From Nemertoderma westbladi (lineage: Eukaryota > Animalia > Xenacoelomorpha), in assembly GCA_032718475.1 (NCBI GenBank), contig JAUCBJ010004238.1:1-47826 (forward strand): a DNA stretch of 47,826 nt, read 5' to 3'. The position numbers and the translations under genes are program-made. Below are positions 47,101-47,826 of this stretch, piece by piece (positions within the stretch are counted from its first letter, which is position 1; every line of letters starts with the position of its first letter). The notes below the pieces were generated by a model. It worked only from the letters and a program-made list of their open reading frames with translations. It was not told where the DNA came from and searched no databases.

Positions 47101-47826
47101 CTCACTGCCTCACTGCCTCACTTCCCTCACTTCCCTCACTTCCCTCACTTCCCTCACTTCCCTCACTGCCTCACTGCCTCACTTCCCTCACTTCCCTCAC
47201 TTCCCTCACTTCCCTCACTTCCCTCACTTCCCTCACTCCCTCACTTCCCTCACTCCCTCACTTCCCTCACTTCCCTCACTTCCCTCACTTCCCTCACTTC
47301 CCTCACTTCCCTCACTTCCCTCACTTCCCTCACTTCCCTCACTTCCCTCACTTCCCTCACTGCCTCACTGCCTCACTTCCCTCACTTCCCTCACTTCCCT
47401 CACTTCCCTCACTTCCCTCACTTCCCTCACTTCCCTCACTTCCCTCACTCCCTCACTTCCCTCACTTCCCTCACTTCCCTCACTTCCCTCACTTCCCTCA
47501 CTTCCCTCACTTCCCTCACTTCCCTCACTTCCCTCACTTCCCTCACTTCCCTCACTTCCCTCACTTCCCTCACTGCCTCACTTCCCTCACTTCCCTCACT
47601 TCCCTCACTTCCCTCACTTCCCTCACTTCCCTCACTTCCCTCACTTCCCTCACTTCCCTCACTTCCCTCACTTCCCTCACTTCCCTCACTTCCCTCACTC
47701 CCTCACTTCCCTCACTTCCCTCACTTCCCTCACTTCCCTCACTTCCCTCACTTCCCTCACTTCCCTCACTTCCCTCACTTCCCTCACTTCCCTCACTTCC
47801 CTCACTTCCCTCACTTCCCTCACTTC
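44177..47826 (-). repeat. 9-bp satellite (CCTCACTTC)n, >3.6 kb, runs off the window end
   Basis: Near-perfect array with 8-bp variants CTCACTCC and CTCACTGC; inverted relative to 43976-44154. Confidence 0.98.

Noticed and set aside
44177-47826. True telomere at the right end of the window
   Set aside because: The C-rich strand runs 5'->3' toward the end, the wrong polarity for a right-hand telomere

Overview
AT-rich invertebrate-animal genomic DNA with spliceosomal introns. The left half (~1.9-25.5 kb) is the right portion of a decaying Polinton/Maverick (adintovirus-like) element on the minus strand. It encodes an adenain protease, a major capsid protein, two penton paralogues, core/membrane-lytic proteins and an RVE integrase, and ends at an ...ACTACT terminus at 25521. 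A young 15.3-kb BEL/Pao LTR retrotransposon (8897-24242) sits inside it, with 1909-bp LTRs (4 differences seen), an ATCAT target-site duplication and TA...TA termini, and it splits one Polinton ORF. The retrotransposon has one stop in gag-pol, a clean deletion of its integrase, a tRNA-like Pol III cassette in each LTR, an extra 3' ORF (three CCHC knuckles plus an Arg-rich tail) behind a good splice acceptor, and nine copies of a hairpin motif GGAAGACTYGYGAGCCT across coding and non-coding internal sequence. Together these suggest a candidate element-encoded RNA-binding-protein/response-element system (inference). The right half is host DNA: a 3-exon alpha carbonic anhydrase, a 2-exon ionotropic glutamate receptor, the last exon of a BMP/TGF-beta gene, LINE/SINE/MITE debris, two tandem arrays that each amplify an exon end plus 5' splice site, and a >3.6-kb 9-bp satellite with an inverted junction. 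All calls come from reading motifs by eye; no database searches were run.
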